A DNA stretch of 64,000 bases from a virus. This document shows, piece by piece, positions 9,109 to 17,175 of the stretch. Numbering within the stretch: the stretch's first letter is position 1; each line of letters begins with the position of its first letter. The notes beneath the pieces were generated by a model, which made no database searches, was not told the DNA's origin, and saw only the letters and a list, made by a program, of their open reading frames with translations. The stretch lies in the IMG/VR virus record IMGVR_UViG_3300047301_000191. One strand, written 5' to 3'. The position numbers and the translations under genes were made by a program.

Positions 9109-9519
9109 ATGACAACTGCAGCCACCGACTTCATAAATAAATTGGTCGGCATGCCTCAGGGCAATCGAAAAAATGATTGCAAGATCGCAAGAGAAATCCT
9201 TGAGTGGATTTCTAATCGACTCCAGACCGCTGGCGCTGATGCATTCACCACTATCTTTACCAAGCCTCTTGGTAGTAGCGGACAAGACGCGGGCATCTCA
9301 TCTACTGAAACGCCAGCAGTAGAAGAGATTTTTGATTTTCTACGAGAGAGCTCTTCTCGTGTAGATGAGTTGAGTGCACAAGCTATTGTCAGTATTCTTT
9401 GCAGCACACTTCCAGTGCGAAAACATGCTGAACGCGCAACCTTTGTTGTAGCCGCTGAAAGGCGCCTCGTTGAGACAAAGGAAGAGGATATTGAAAATTT
9501 GATGCGTGGATTGCGTTGA
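9109..9519 (+). CDS. Hypothetical protein
   Basis: ORF, + strand. Confidence 0.45.
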   Translation: MTTAATDFINKLVGMPQGNRKNDCKIAREILEWISNRLQTAGADAFTTIFTKPLGSSGQDAGISSTETPAVEEIFDFLRESSSRVDELSAQAIVSILCSTLPVRKHAERATFVVAAERRLVETKEEDIENLMRGLR

Positions 9520-9523
9520 GTAA

Positions 9524-9898
9524 ATGAATCTGCAAACATGGGAAGAAGTCCAGAGATTGACTTCAGAGTATGGTCCACCAAGATTCGTTTCAAAAAAATA
9601 CGTTAGGTTCCAAACGGGCGAGAGATACGCAGAGATCAGATTTTTCGATCATGGTGTGATTGGAAACATAATGCTCGGCTACATTAAATCCAATGGCAAA
9701 GAAATAACTCATTGTGATAGTGGTCCATCATTTACGGAGTTCTATCCAGATGGTGCGCTTTACTGCCGCCATTATCATCACAATGGTTTGACGCATCGCA
9801 CTGATGGACCAGCGATTGAGAAGTTTGAAAAAAATGGACATTGTCGCTATAAGGCGTATTACATAGATGGCGTCGAGAAGTCAGTCACCCGAGACTAA
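9524..9898 (+). CDS. MORN-variant repeat protein (family member 1)
   Basis: N-term MNLQTWEEVQRLTSEYGPP; repeats HRTDGPAIEKFEKNG...YKAYYIDG. Confidence 0.7.
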   Translation: MNLQTWEEVQRLTSEYGPPRFVSKKYVRFQTGERYAEIRFFDHGVIGNIMLGYIKSNGKEITHCDSGPSFTEFYPDGALYCRHYHHNGLTHRTDGPAIEKFEKNGHCRYKAYYIDGVEKSVTRD

Positions 9899-9910
9899 AG
9901 AAAGAAGATT

Positions 9911-10249
9911 ATGAACCGACTAGGACGATTGCCCCATTTCATTGAAATGGAGTCTGCCATCTTTGTTAAACCAAAAGCCTGCATGGAGTTGGGCCGTCTA
10001 GAGATTTCCTACAAAGTCCTACCCGGTGCAGCAGAAATGCTAAATACAATTGGAGCAGACACGCTGAGTTTGATCGGGACAACTCAGCGATACATGCGCA
10101 TCCTAAATCTAGAAGCGTACGATCAATTCAATTGCCAGGAGCACGACGATGATAGACTCGTTGTCGATCTTGCTGTAACGGCTTCCCATTTGCAAACCCA
10201 AAAAGACAAGATCAACGAAGAGCTTGCCAAAAAGAAAAAGAAAATCTAA
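9911..10249 (+). CDS. Hypothetical protein
   Basis: ORF, + strand. Confidence 0.45.
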   Translation: MNRLGRLPHFIEMESAIFVKPKACMELGRLEISYKVLPGAAEMLNTIGADTLSLIGTTQRYMRILNLEAYDQFNCQEHDDDRLVVDLAVTASHLQTQKDKINEELAKKKKKI

Positions 10250-10258
10250 GGAGCAAAT

Positions 10259-10975
10259 ATGACTAGCCAACTTGACGCAGCCCTCGATGCTGCTGGCACT
10301 GCCGCCGACTATAGTGCTCGGGCAACTTTCATGAGAGGTTATGAGGCAGGACAAGCCAGCGTGCCCTCCAGTGCAAAGAAAGCCCAGGCACAGATTGACT
10401 CCCTCACTGCAGAACTTGATGCAGCGAAAGCTGAGGCAATTGCTCAGAAAAAGTATATTCAGGATGCCCAAGAACTCGTCATCTACAATACAAATACAAT
10501 GAATGCTGCCGAAGCGAAACGTGATACTGCGGAAAAAATGGTAGCTGAAATGAAAGAAGCTATGATGCTTGTCGTCGGATTTCTTGAGCACCGGAAAGAT
10601 TCTTCGGCGCCAGCTATTCGCGCGGCAATCGACACAGCCAGTCCAATTGCTGATCGATGGCGTCCGGCCAGTGATTTTGATGATCTTAGCAATGCTAGAG
10701 ATGCTTGCAATGATCAGCTGAATGTCGCACTTGATGAACGCGATGACGCAGAGGCCCGTGCCAAAAAGCACATGCTGGAGCGTGATATGAATGTCACGGC
10801 GAGTGTAAAAGCTGAAGCAGAACGTGACACAGCTATTGCCCGCGCTGAGAGTGCGATGATCATTTTGCGCGAGTTGGTAGATGGGGCAAAAGGATTGAAT
10901 GATTTAGGGCTGGAGATGTACGACATCAGGCCCCTCATCGAACGCGCACGAGACATCGCCAAAGGCGACTCATGA
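10259..10975 (+). CDS. Coiled-coil protein (Ala/Glu/Asp-rich)
   Basis: 238-aa ORF; GGAGCAAAT RBS. Confidence 0.5.
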   Translation: MTSQLDAALDAAGTAADYSARATFMRGYEAGQASVPSSAKKAQAQIDSLTAELDAAKAEAIAQKKYIQDAQELVIYNTNTMNAAEAKRDTAEKMVAEMKEAMMLVVGFLEHRKDSSAPAIRAAIDTASPIADRWRPASDFDDLSNARDACNDQLNVALDERDDAEARAKKHMLERDMNVTASVKAEAERDTAIARAESAMIILRELVDGAKGLNDLGLEMYDIRPLIERARDIAKGDS

Positions 10976-11199
10976 ACGTAGCCTTGTATTGGCACTGTCT
11001 TCAGTGTGGCGACCACGAGCCCATCAAGCTAACAGGAGACATAGAAGAATATGGGATAGGTGATAGAGAGAAGTGTATCACATGCGGAGATGGAATAGCT
11101 CATGTGGTAACGCTCGACATTGCCGCAAGATATGAGCAAGGGCGAGCGTTAGGTATGAGTATTGTTGATGCCTGGGATTGGGCCCATGAAATTAAATGA
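10972..11199 (+). CDS. Zn-ribbon protein (CxxC...CxxC)
   Basis: HCLQCGDHE...CITCGDG motifs; ATGA overlap with the upstream stop. Confidence 0.5.
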   Translation: MNVALYWHCLQCGDHEPIKLTGDIEEYGIGDREKCITCGDGIAHVVTLDIAARYEQGRALGMSIVDAWDWAHEIK

Positions 11200-11647
11200 G
11201 TGGGAGGTAATGCAGACAGATATTCTGTTGTATGGCAAACCCGAAAACAGCGAAGGTATTTTTACATACGATACCTCTTCTGTCTTAGGGCCGGGCTCAA
11301 AAATGGAGATGCAGTTCTTCAAAAGCACTGGCACAATTAATTACCGCGAATACCGAAAAGATAGAAAGCAACATCGAATCGATGGACCATCCAGAGAATT
11401 CTTCTATTCGTGTGGAGCGAAAGAATTCGAATCGTGGTTTTTAAATGGGATAAAACATCGTGATGATGGTCCAGCAACGCGATCTTTCTATGAGAGCGGA
11501 AAGATTGAAAAAGAATTGTACATTGTCAATGGGAAGCTTCATCGCATTGGTGGCCCGGCCGATCTAACGTTTTCGGAATCTGGAAGAATAATATACAGTG
11601 AATACTGGTTTGAGGGAACATTTTACCCAAAGAGAGAAAAGAAATGA
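11186..11647 (+). CDS. MORN-variant repeat protein (family member 2)
   Basis: Internal ATG gives MKLNEWEV N-term; repeats HRIDGPSREF, HRDDGPATRSFYESG, HRIGGPADLTFSESG. Confidence 0.65.
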   Translation: MKLNEWEVMQTDILLYGKPENSEGIFTYDTSSVLGPGSKMEMQFFKSTGTINYREYRKDRKQHRIDGPSREFFYSCGAKEFESWFLNGIKHRDDGPATRSFYESGKIEKELYIVNGKLHRIGGPADLTFSESGRIIYSEYWFEGTFYPKREKK

Positions 11648-12069
11648 AATCAAACCGTTGGTGGATTCGCGGCTGCTCCTTGCGTGTGCTTAAACGATAT
11701 TTGCCAAAGAGTAAGTTTAGGCTCTCATATGCCGACATGAAGACCTCCTCGCTTGTTTTTTGGGATGGTTGCGCCTTTCGCATTTCTGATTGGGAGGACA
11801 TGCTCAATGAAGTGCGCGCGCTAAAACCAGGAGATCGAATCTTTAATCCCTATCGTAAGACATGGCAAACAATTACCGAGATTAAATTTGTATGGGATAC
11901 TGGTTCGCATCCGGCTTCTCGCAAAAAGCTTTCCCGCATTTTTGATTTGGTTAGTCGCTACCAATATATTGGTGGCTTCATCATTTGTGACGACACCCAT
12001 GCCTGTATCTACGATACGCCATCAGACATGGCGTACAGATACTCAGACTATCACCAGCCCATTCGCTAA
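11644..12069 (+). CDS. Hypothetical protein
   Basis: ORF, ATGA overlap. Confidence 0.4.
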   Translation: MKSNRWWIRGCSLRVLKRYLPKSKFRLSYADMKTSSLVFWDGCAFRISDWEDMLNEVRALKPGDRIFNPYRKTWQTITEIKFVWDTGSHPASRKKLSRIFDLVSRYQYIGGFIICDDTHACIYDTPSDMAYRYSDYHQPIR

Positions 12070-12079
12070 AGGAAAACAA

Positions 12080-13240
12080 ATGCGAAAACTTGCTTCAATC
12101 CAAAAGATCGTCAACATCTTCCCCATTCCAAATGCAGACCTGCTTGTTCTTGCGCAGGTAAACGATTGGCTTTCTATTGTGAAGAAGGGTGAGTTCCAGG
12201 TTGGCGAGCTTGTCGTCTACTGCGAAATTGATTCCGTTCTTCCAGAAATCCCTGCGTTTGAATTCATGAGGCAGCGAGATTATCGAGTCAATACAATTAA
12301 GCTGCGCGGCACACTGAGCCAAGGCCTCATTGTCGGTACATCGGTTCTGCCCGAAGGTACCGCGATTATTGAAGACTTTGATGTCAGCAGTATTCTTGGA
12401 GTCGTTAAGCCTATCCCTGGAAAGTCTCGCAAAGGAACACGGCAGCCTAATCGTCAAGGTCGACGGAGCAACTTCCCAAACTTCATTAAGAAAACTGACG
12501 AGACTCGTATTCAGTCCAAGTCATCTGTGCTTGATGAGCTGGAAGGTGTAGAGGTTTATGCTGCCGTCAAAATGGATGGTCAGTCATTGACGTTCGCAAA
12601 CTACGCAGCAAAAGAAGAAGATAATCCGTTTATTGTTTGCTCGCGCAACTTCAAGAAGGACCGAACGATTATCGTCAAGAGCCGAGACGAAAATGTTCCT
12701 GACCGGGAAGAGATCGACACTCATTGGCAAATCGCAGACCGACTAAAGATCTTTGAAAATCTTCCGTATGGTTTTGCAATGCAGGGAGAGTACCTTTCCG
12801 ACAAAATTCAAGGCAATCACCTAGGTGTAAAAGAGCCGGAATGGCACTGTTTTCAAGTGTTTGATATTGTGAGTCAAAAGTATCTGGACTACGCGAACTT
12901 CGTTCAGTTTTGTTTGACGATGAATATCAAGACAGTTCCAATTGAAAGAGTTTGGAAATTCTGTAAGCAAGAGTTCATAGATCTTCACGCAAAAACCTAT
13001 CCTGACTCCCTTTGTCAATCTGCAGTTGGCGGTCTGTTGCAGTTTGCAAGAGGCCGGTACAGCTCAGGCTTTCCGCGAGAAGGTCTAGTGATTCGCCCAA
13101 CTACAGAGCAATATAGCGAGTCTCTTAAAGGAAGGGCTTCATTCAAAGTCATTAATAATGACTTTCTACTGAAAGTAAAAGGCAAAGAAGATATTTATGA
13201 CGAGGATGGAGACGACGAACAGACTATAACTTCTGATTGA
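12080..13240 (+). CDS. ATP-dependent RNA ligase-family nucleotidyltransferase (KxDG motif I; Rnl2/DraRnl-like with N-terminal OB-like domain)
   Basis: ATG after AAAGGAAAA RBS; motif I AVKMDGQSL; ligase-like downstream motifs. Confidence 0.6.
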   Translation: MRKLASIQKIVNIFPIPNADLLVLAQVNDWLSIVKKGEFQVGELVVYCEIDSVLPEIPAFEFMRQRDYRVNTIKLRGTLSQGLIVGTSVLPEGTAIIEDFDVSSILGVVKPIPGKSRKGTRQPNRQGRRSNFPNFIKKTDETRIQSKSSVLDELEGVEVYAAVKMDGQSLTFANYAAKEEDNPFIVCSRNFKKDRTIIVKSRDENVPDREEIDTHWQIADRLKIFENLPYGFAMQGEYLSDKIQGNHLGVKEPEWHCFQVFDIVSQKYLDYANFVQFCLTMNIKTVPIERVWKFCKQEFIDLHAKTYPDSLCQSAVGGLLQFARGRYSSGFPREGLVIRPTTEQYSESLKGRASFKVINNDFLLKVKGKEDIYDEDGDDEQTITSD

Positions 13241-14070
13241 ACTACCTCCAATTTCCAGCCGATGACATTTAGCGATGCCTCTGTGGATTGATTGCCTTTT
13301 GAGTTTTTCAACAATGGTACCGTTATACCTGCATATCTTAATAATTTCGTGCGTGAAAGGTTTTTATCTTTGCAAAATTTGGCTAGCCCGTCATCTACAA
13401 AGAAGGTCTCTCCACTCGGCGAAGTCAGACAAAATCTTTTTGTGCCAGGATGATTTTTGCCAGAGCGCTTGTTAGGTGACTTCTTAATCGCATGCGACAA
13501 GGCCGCTCTTTTTTCTATCGTCCATTCGATTGGAGTTGCTTTCATCCTGGCGGTCATCCTTTGTCGGCACCCCTCTCTCTGTTCTGCTGAAAAAGTTTTG
13601 TTTTGATTGGCGGCACTAATTATGGCCTTTGCCTCTGGGGTATGCTTTCTGCCCCACATCCCATTGTCTTTTCCTTTCCTTGAGAGAAATGTTCGTGAGT
13701 TTTTACGAAAAAACTCTACATCTCTACTTTTCATAATAAAGCTATGCTGCATTTTGGTTCTACATTTGAACATGGCATAGTACGCCTGTATGATCTTTCT
13801 ATTTTGTGGAAGGATATAACAGAGAATTCTATGTGCGATTAAATGTTCGCGAGCAGTAAGTAAAACAATATTGAGTGTATCTTTAATTTGACAACTGTCG
13901 GTACACATTGATCTGGGTAAGATATGATGTTTTTCATAATAATCTCCATCTTGCTGGAGTGATTGTCGCAGAATTTGTTCATTCGCTCCTCGTTGAATGA
14001 TATTTTTATACCATGTGAAGTGTTTTTTGGACACAGCATTTTGTTGAATTATCAAGAGATAGTTGGTCAT
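13195..14070 (-). CDS. HNH homing endonuclease with NUMOD3-like DNA-binding motifs (free-standing)
   Basis: EKHHILPRS...NIVLLTAREHLIAH HNH core; GKDNGMWGRKHTPEAKAIIS NUMOD3-like; 3' end overlaps the RNA ligase 3' end convergently. Confidence 0.75.
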   Translation of the reverse strand: MTNYLLIIQQNAVSKKHFTWYKNIIQRGANEQILRQSLQQDGDYYEKHHILPRSMCTDSCQIKDTLNIVLLTAREHLIAHRILCYILPQNRKIIQAYYAMFKCRTKMQHSFIMKSRDVEFFRKNSRTFLSRKGKDNGMWGRKHTPEAKAIISAANQNKTFSAEQREGCRQRMTARMKATPIEWTIEKRAALSHAIKKSPNKRSGKNHPGTKRFCLTSPSGETFFVDDGLAKFCKDKNLSRTKLLRYAGITVPLLKNSKGNQSTEASLNVIGWKLEVVQSEVIVCSSSPSSS

Positions 14071-14110
14071 ATGTCTATGTTACAGCCAAGCCAACAGATA
14101 AAAAGCAATG

Positions 14111-14138
14111 CCAGCAAAACCGCGTCGGCCCGATCCAG
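14111..14138 (+). promoter_or_regulatory. Recurrent intergenic motif copy 2 (CCAGCAAAACC-N10-GATCCAG)
   Basis: Exact core, 13 nt upstream of ATG 14152. Confidence 0.45.
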
Positions 14139-14151
14139 AAGGTAGAGCCAG

Positions 14152-14544
14152 ATGAAGCTTGACGTATGGGAGCAGGTACGAGATCTTACCATCCAGTTTG
14201 GCAAGCCTGCATTTGTCTCCAATGTAATTCATTTTGTCAATTCTGATGAGGCTAGCGCAAGTATTTTTCTTCACGGCAATGGAAGCGTTTGGGTAATTCA
14301 ATACACGAAAGGCAGCCATCCTTTCCAGTTCCATCGTAAAGATGCTCCTGCCGTCATAGAGTACTACGAGGATGGCCAGATAGCTGGAGAGTTTTGGCAC
14401 ATAAATAATCGACGTCATCGAGCAGATGGCCCTGCTGCCATATACTTTAACAAAGACGGCAGCATATCGTACAAAGAATACTGGATTGACGGAAAAAGAA
14501 AAGGAGACTCAAATGATCAAAGATCACCTCATTGTAATGGCTAA
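14152..14544 (+). CDS. MORN-variant repeat protein (family member 3)
   Basis: N-term MKLDVWEQVRDLTIQFGKP; repeats HRKDAPAVIEYYEDG, HRADGPAAIYFNKDG. Confidence 0.7.
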   Translation: MKLDVWEQVRDLTIQFGKPAFVSNVIHFVNSDEASASIFLHGNGSVWVIQYTKGSHPFQFHRKDAPAVIEYYEDGQIAGEFWHINNRRHRADGPAAIYFNKDGSISYKEYWIDGKRKGDSNDQRSPHCNG

Positions 14545-14707
14545 GGCAATCGACATCTGTATCTTTGTTCCTCAGAGACTGATGAATCGCAAAGAAGTTT
14601 CCCCTGGAAAAATATCGATGTATTTCTTCTCGGATGTGCTTCACTACTTGTTGGCATGGCCTTGTCTTCATTCGGCGATACACTTGGCGCGCAGGCAACC
14701 GGACTAG
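14513..14707 (+). CDS. Small membrane protein (possibly the 5' part of a frameshifted gene)
   Basis: ATG after AAAGGAGA RBS; hydrophobic C-term; overlaps the next ORF in another frame. Confidence 0.3.
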   Translation: MIKDHLIVMAKAIDICIFVPQRLMNRKEVSPGKISMYFFSDVLHYLLAWPCLHSAIHLARRQPD

Positions 14708-14859
14708 CACTTTTGGTCTTTGGTGGCTGGTCTGCCATGCAACCATTGTTCGTCGTTGGTTGGAGTATTTTGGTTTGGATGTTTGGAGATCATGTAGACA
14801 ATCTGCGTTGCTGGTATCTTGAAGAGCTGGCATCACTCAAGGATGCTCGAAAGAACTAA
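14656..14859 (+). CDS. Small membrane protein (possibly the 3' part of a frameshifted gene)
   Basis: TM-like GAQATGLALLVFGGWSAMQPLFVVGWSILVWMF. Confidence 0.3.
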   Translation: MALSSFGDTLGAQATGLALLVFGGWSAMQPLFVVGWSILVWMFGDHVDNLRCWYLEELASLKDARKN

Positions 14860-14877
14860 ATAGAAAGTAGAGGTTGT

Positions 14878-16128
14878 ATGCGTAAGATCATTTCTTTTGC
14901 TATCTTCACTTCACAATATCTTTTGGGATGCGATCCTGTCGAGCCCCTGATTCCAGGGCAGCACTGCGGAGAAGTCTGCGCAATAGATGCGGAAGGTGAG
15001 ATTGCAATTGGCAATCTTGCGTTTAACTATACGTGCAATGTCGGGCAAGTCAACTGTGAAGTTGTGGATGAAGAAATGATTGTTACCTGCAAAGGCAGCA
15101 TTCCTTTTTCAGAAGAAATTTGCGATACAGATAATGTTGACGAAGACTGCAATGAAGAAAACAATGACATTGAGTATACCAGTTTTGATTATCGAAACAC
15201 ATGCGAGGGGGTAGGCGAGTGCGCTTATCAAAAACAAATCTGCTCCGCTGATGGAGACTTTATCTGTATTCCAACTTCTGTGTTTTTTGGGGCAGAGGTC
15301 TGCGACGAAGAGTTCAGAGATGAAGATTGTGACGGGCTTGTCAATGAACAAGATCCAGATCTTCAACGTGGGGAATTTAGCTATAGCGGTCCACCAAGCA
15401 CGGCAAACGTTGGAGTTTGCCGTGCAGGGGTAACTAGATGCCAAAGAGGCTCTACTCAATTTTTTGGAGAAGTTCTTCCTTCAGAAGAAATTTGTGGGAA
15501 CGGCCTTGATGACGATTGTGATGGGCTCACCGATGAAGATGAGCAAGATACGGAGCCAGACTCTTTTCTATTGAGCATCGATGTATCAGGTTCAATGGAA
15601 ACGTATATTCAAGAAGTAGCCATTGCCCTTTGCGAATGGTCAGACAATCCAGAATTTGCAAACTCACTCTTTGCTATTCAGGCAGTTGGCACATTCACAT
15701 TCGAAGAACCATACGTGGGAATTGTTACTCCTTTTGTAAGTGCGGCAGACGCCTGCATAGCTCTAGCAGACTATGTTGACTCAGACAATCTTAGTGGCGG
15801 ATTTGAGTTTGTTCCTCTCGCCATCAGAGCTAACAATGACCAAGAAACAGATGTTTATATTCCTTGGCCGAGAGAGTCTGAGCGCAAAGTGATTTTCTTT
15901 TCTGATGAGCCACCGCAGAGTATGACTGGCACGATTGAAGAAGACATTCAACTTACGGTCGAAGATTGCGCAGTCAACAACTATCAGGTAAGTGGCTTCG
16001 TCCTATATGACTTTAGTATGTGGGCGAATATGACCGACCCATGCGGTGGCTGGCTAGAGAGCTTGACTCCTAATGCAAATAGTTTGCGAGAGGCTCTTGA
16101 TCGTAGATTTACTTCTACTTGCCATTAG
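14878..16128 (+). CDS. Cys-rich lipoprotein: repeated C..G.D[DE]DC[DN] metal-binding-like motifs plus a von Willebrand A domain
   Basis: Signal peptide + lipobox LLGCD; repeats EICDTDNVDEDCNEEN, EVCDEEFRDEDCDG, EICGNGLDDDCDGLTDEDE; MIDAS motif DVSGSM. Confidence 0.7.
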   Translation: MRKIISFAIFTSQYLLGCDPVEPLIPGQHCGEVCAIDAEGEIAIGNLAFNYTCNVGQVNCEVVDEEMIVTCKGSIPFSEEICDTDNVDEDCNEENNDIEYTSFDYRNTCEGVGECAYQKQICSADGDFICIPTSVFFGAEVCDEEFRDEDCDGLVNEQDPDLQRGEFSYSGPPSTANVGVCRAGVTRCQRGSTQFFGEVLPSEEICGNGLDDDCDGLTDEDEQDTEPDSFLLSIDVSGSMETYIQEVAIALCEWSDNPEFANSLFAIQAVGTFTFEEPYVGIVTPFVSAADACIALADYVDSDNLSGGFEFVPLAIRANNDQETDVYIPWPRESERKVIFFSDEPPQSMTGTIEEDIQLTVEDCAVNNYQVSGFVLYDFSMWANMTDPCGGWLESLTPNANSLREALDRRFTSTCH

Positions 16129-16172
16129 AGCTTGCAGTCTCGGCACACACCTTTGGATAGACAGGCGAAGAC

Positions 16173-16466
16173 ATGAATCTAGAAGGATTTGAAGTAATAG
16201 AACACGCAGCAAAGAAGAGCGCTATATCACAGAGCAAGCGAGATTCTTATTGGAATGGCGCACAGGCATCTTTGGATGGCTTCACAGTAAAAACATATCA
16301 GACAGATAAATCTGTAGAAATAAGGATTGACTTCCTATCCCTTCACTCAAGGATAGAGCCTTTTATTGGTGCAATCCTCCTTCCAGCGTGCTACTTCTAT
16401 GCCGCTGGAGAAGAACATTTTGGATGTCAAAAACTAAGATGTCTTTGGAGAGATTCGGCAAATTGA
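16173..16466 (+). CDS. Hypothetical protein (N-term MNLEGFEVIE)
   Basis: ORF, + strand. Confidence 0.4.
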   Translation: MNLEGFEVIEHAAKKSAISQSKRDSYWNGAQASLDGFTVKTYQTDKSVEIRIDFLSLHSRIEPFIGAILLPACYFYAAGEEHFGCQKLRCLWRDSAN

Positions 16467-16630
16467 ACAGACAAGGCCAACGACAATAAGATAGCACACT
16501 TCATCAAAGTCATTGATGCGTATGTCTCTTATTCTCAAGGTCTATGCTGTTGCCAAACCTGCAGAAAAACAAATATCGACACGCTTATGCGTAATCACCA
16601 AGAAGAACTAAAATCAAACAAAGGAAAGCA

Positions 16631-16885
16631 ATGAGTAGCTTTGACAAAGAAACGCTCAAAAGAACTGGCGATTGGATTGAGAAGAATTACGACCCAGATA
16701 AGGAGTTGTTTTCGTATCGCATCCTTGGATTGCTCGCAGAGCAAGAGAAGTCTGTCGCCCCGGCACAAGCGGTACGAGCCTTCTTCCAAAGCATTGCAAA
16801 TATGATGGTTCCTACCATTGTGCTATCTTATTGTCGTTGGCCTATTAGGCGTGTTCATCAACTTAGTGCGCACAGAACACTATAA
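16631..16885 (+). CDS. Hypothetical protein
   Basis: ORF with AAAGGAAAG RBS; overlaps the next ORF in another frame. Confidence 0.35.
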   Translation: MSSFDKETLKRTGDWIEKNYDPDKELFSYRILGLLAEQEKSVAPAQAVRAFFQSIANMMVPTIVLSYCRWPIRRVHQLSAHRTL

Positions 16886-17129
16886 AGAAAATGCAATGGC
16901 GGAGGCAAAAATCGCAATAGACGCCTCAGTCCTTGATTTTAGAAACAAGGCAAACATCAGAATTGCAGCACTTGAAGCTGAAATGCAAACGAAGAAGCAA
17001 GAGCATAGCCAGTGTGAAGTAAATCTTCGAGAAGCAGAGTCTGCTCACAATAAAAAGATTGAAGCAGCACGACTCGTAATTGCAGAAACTGCAGCAATCT
17101 GTCGCCCGGCAAATCCAGCGATCCCTTAA
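16818..17129 (+). CDS. Hypothetical protein with N-terminal TM helix and coiled coil
   Basis: YLIVVGLLGVFINLV helix; possible frameshift partner of 16631..16885. Confidence 0.35.
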   Translation: MCYLIVVGLLGVFINLVRTEHYKENAMAEAKIAIDASVLDFRNKANIRIAALEAEMQTKKQEHSQCEVNLREAESAHNKKIEAARLVIAETAAICRPANPAIP

Positions 17130-17175
17130 GTATAATATAAAAGCAGAAGTCGAATGTCAACAAACCCAACCAAGG

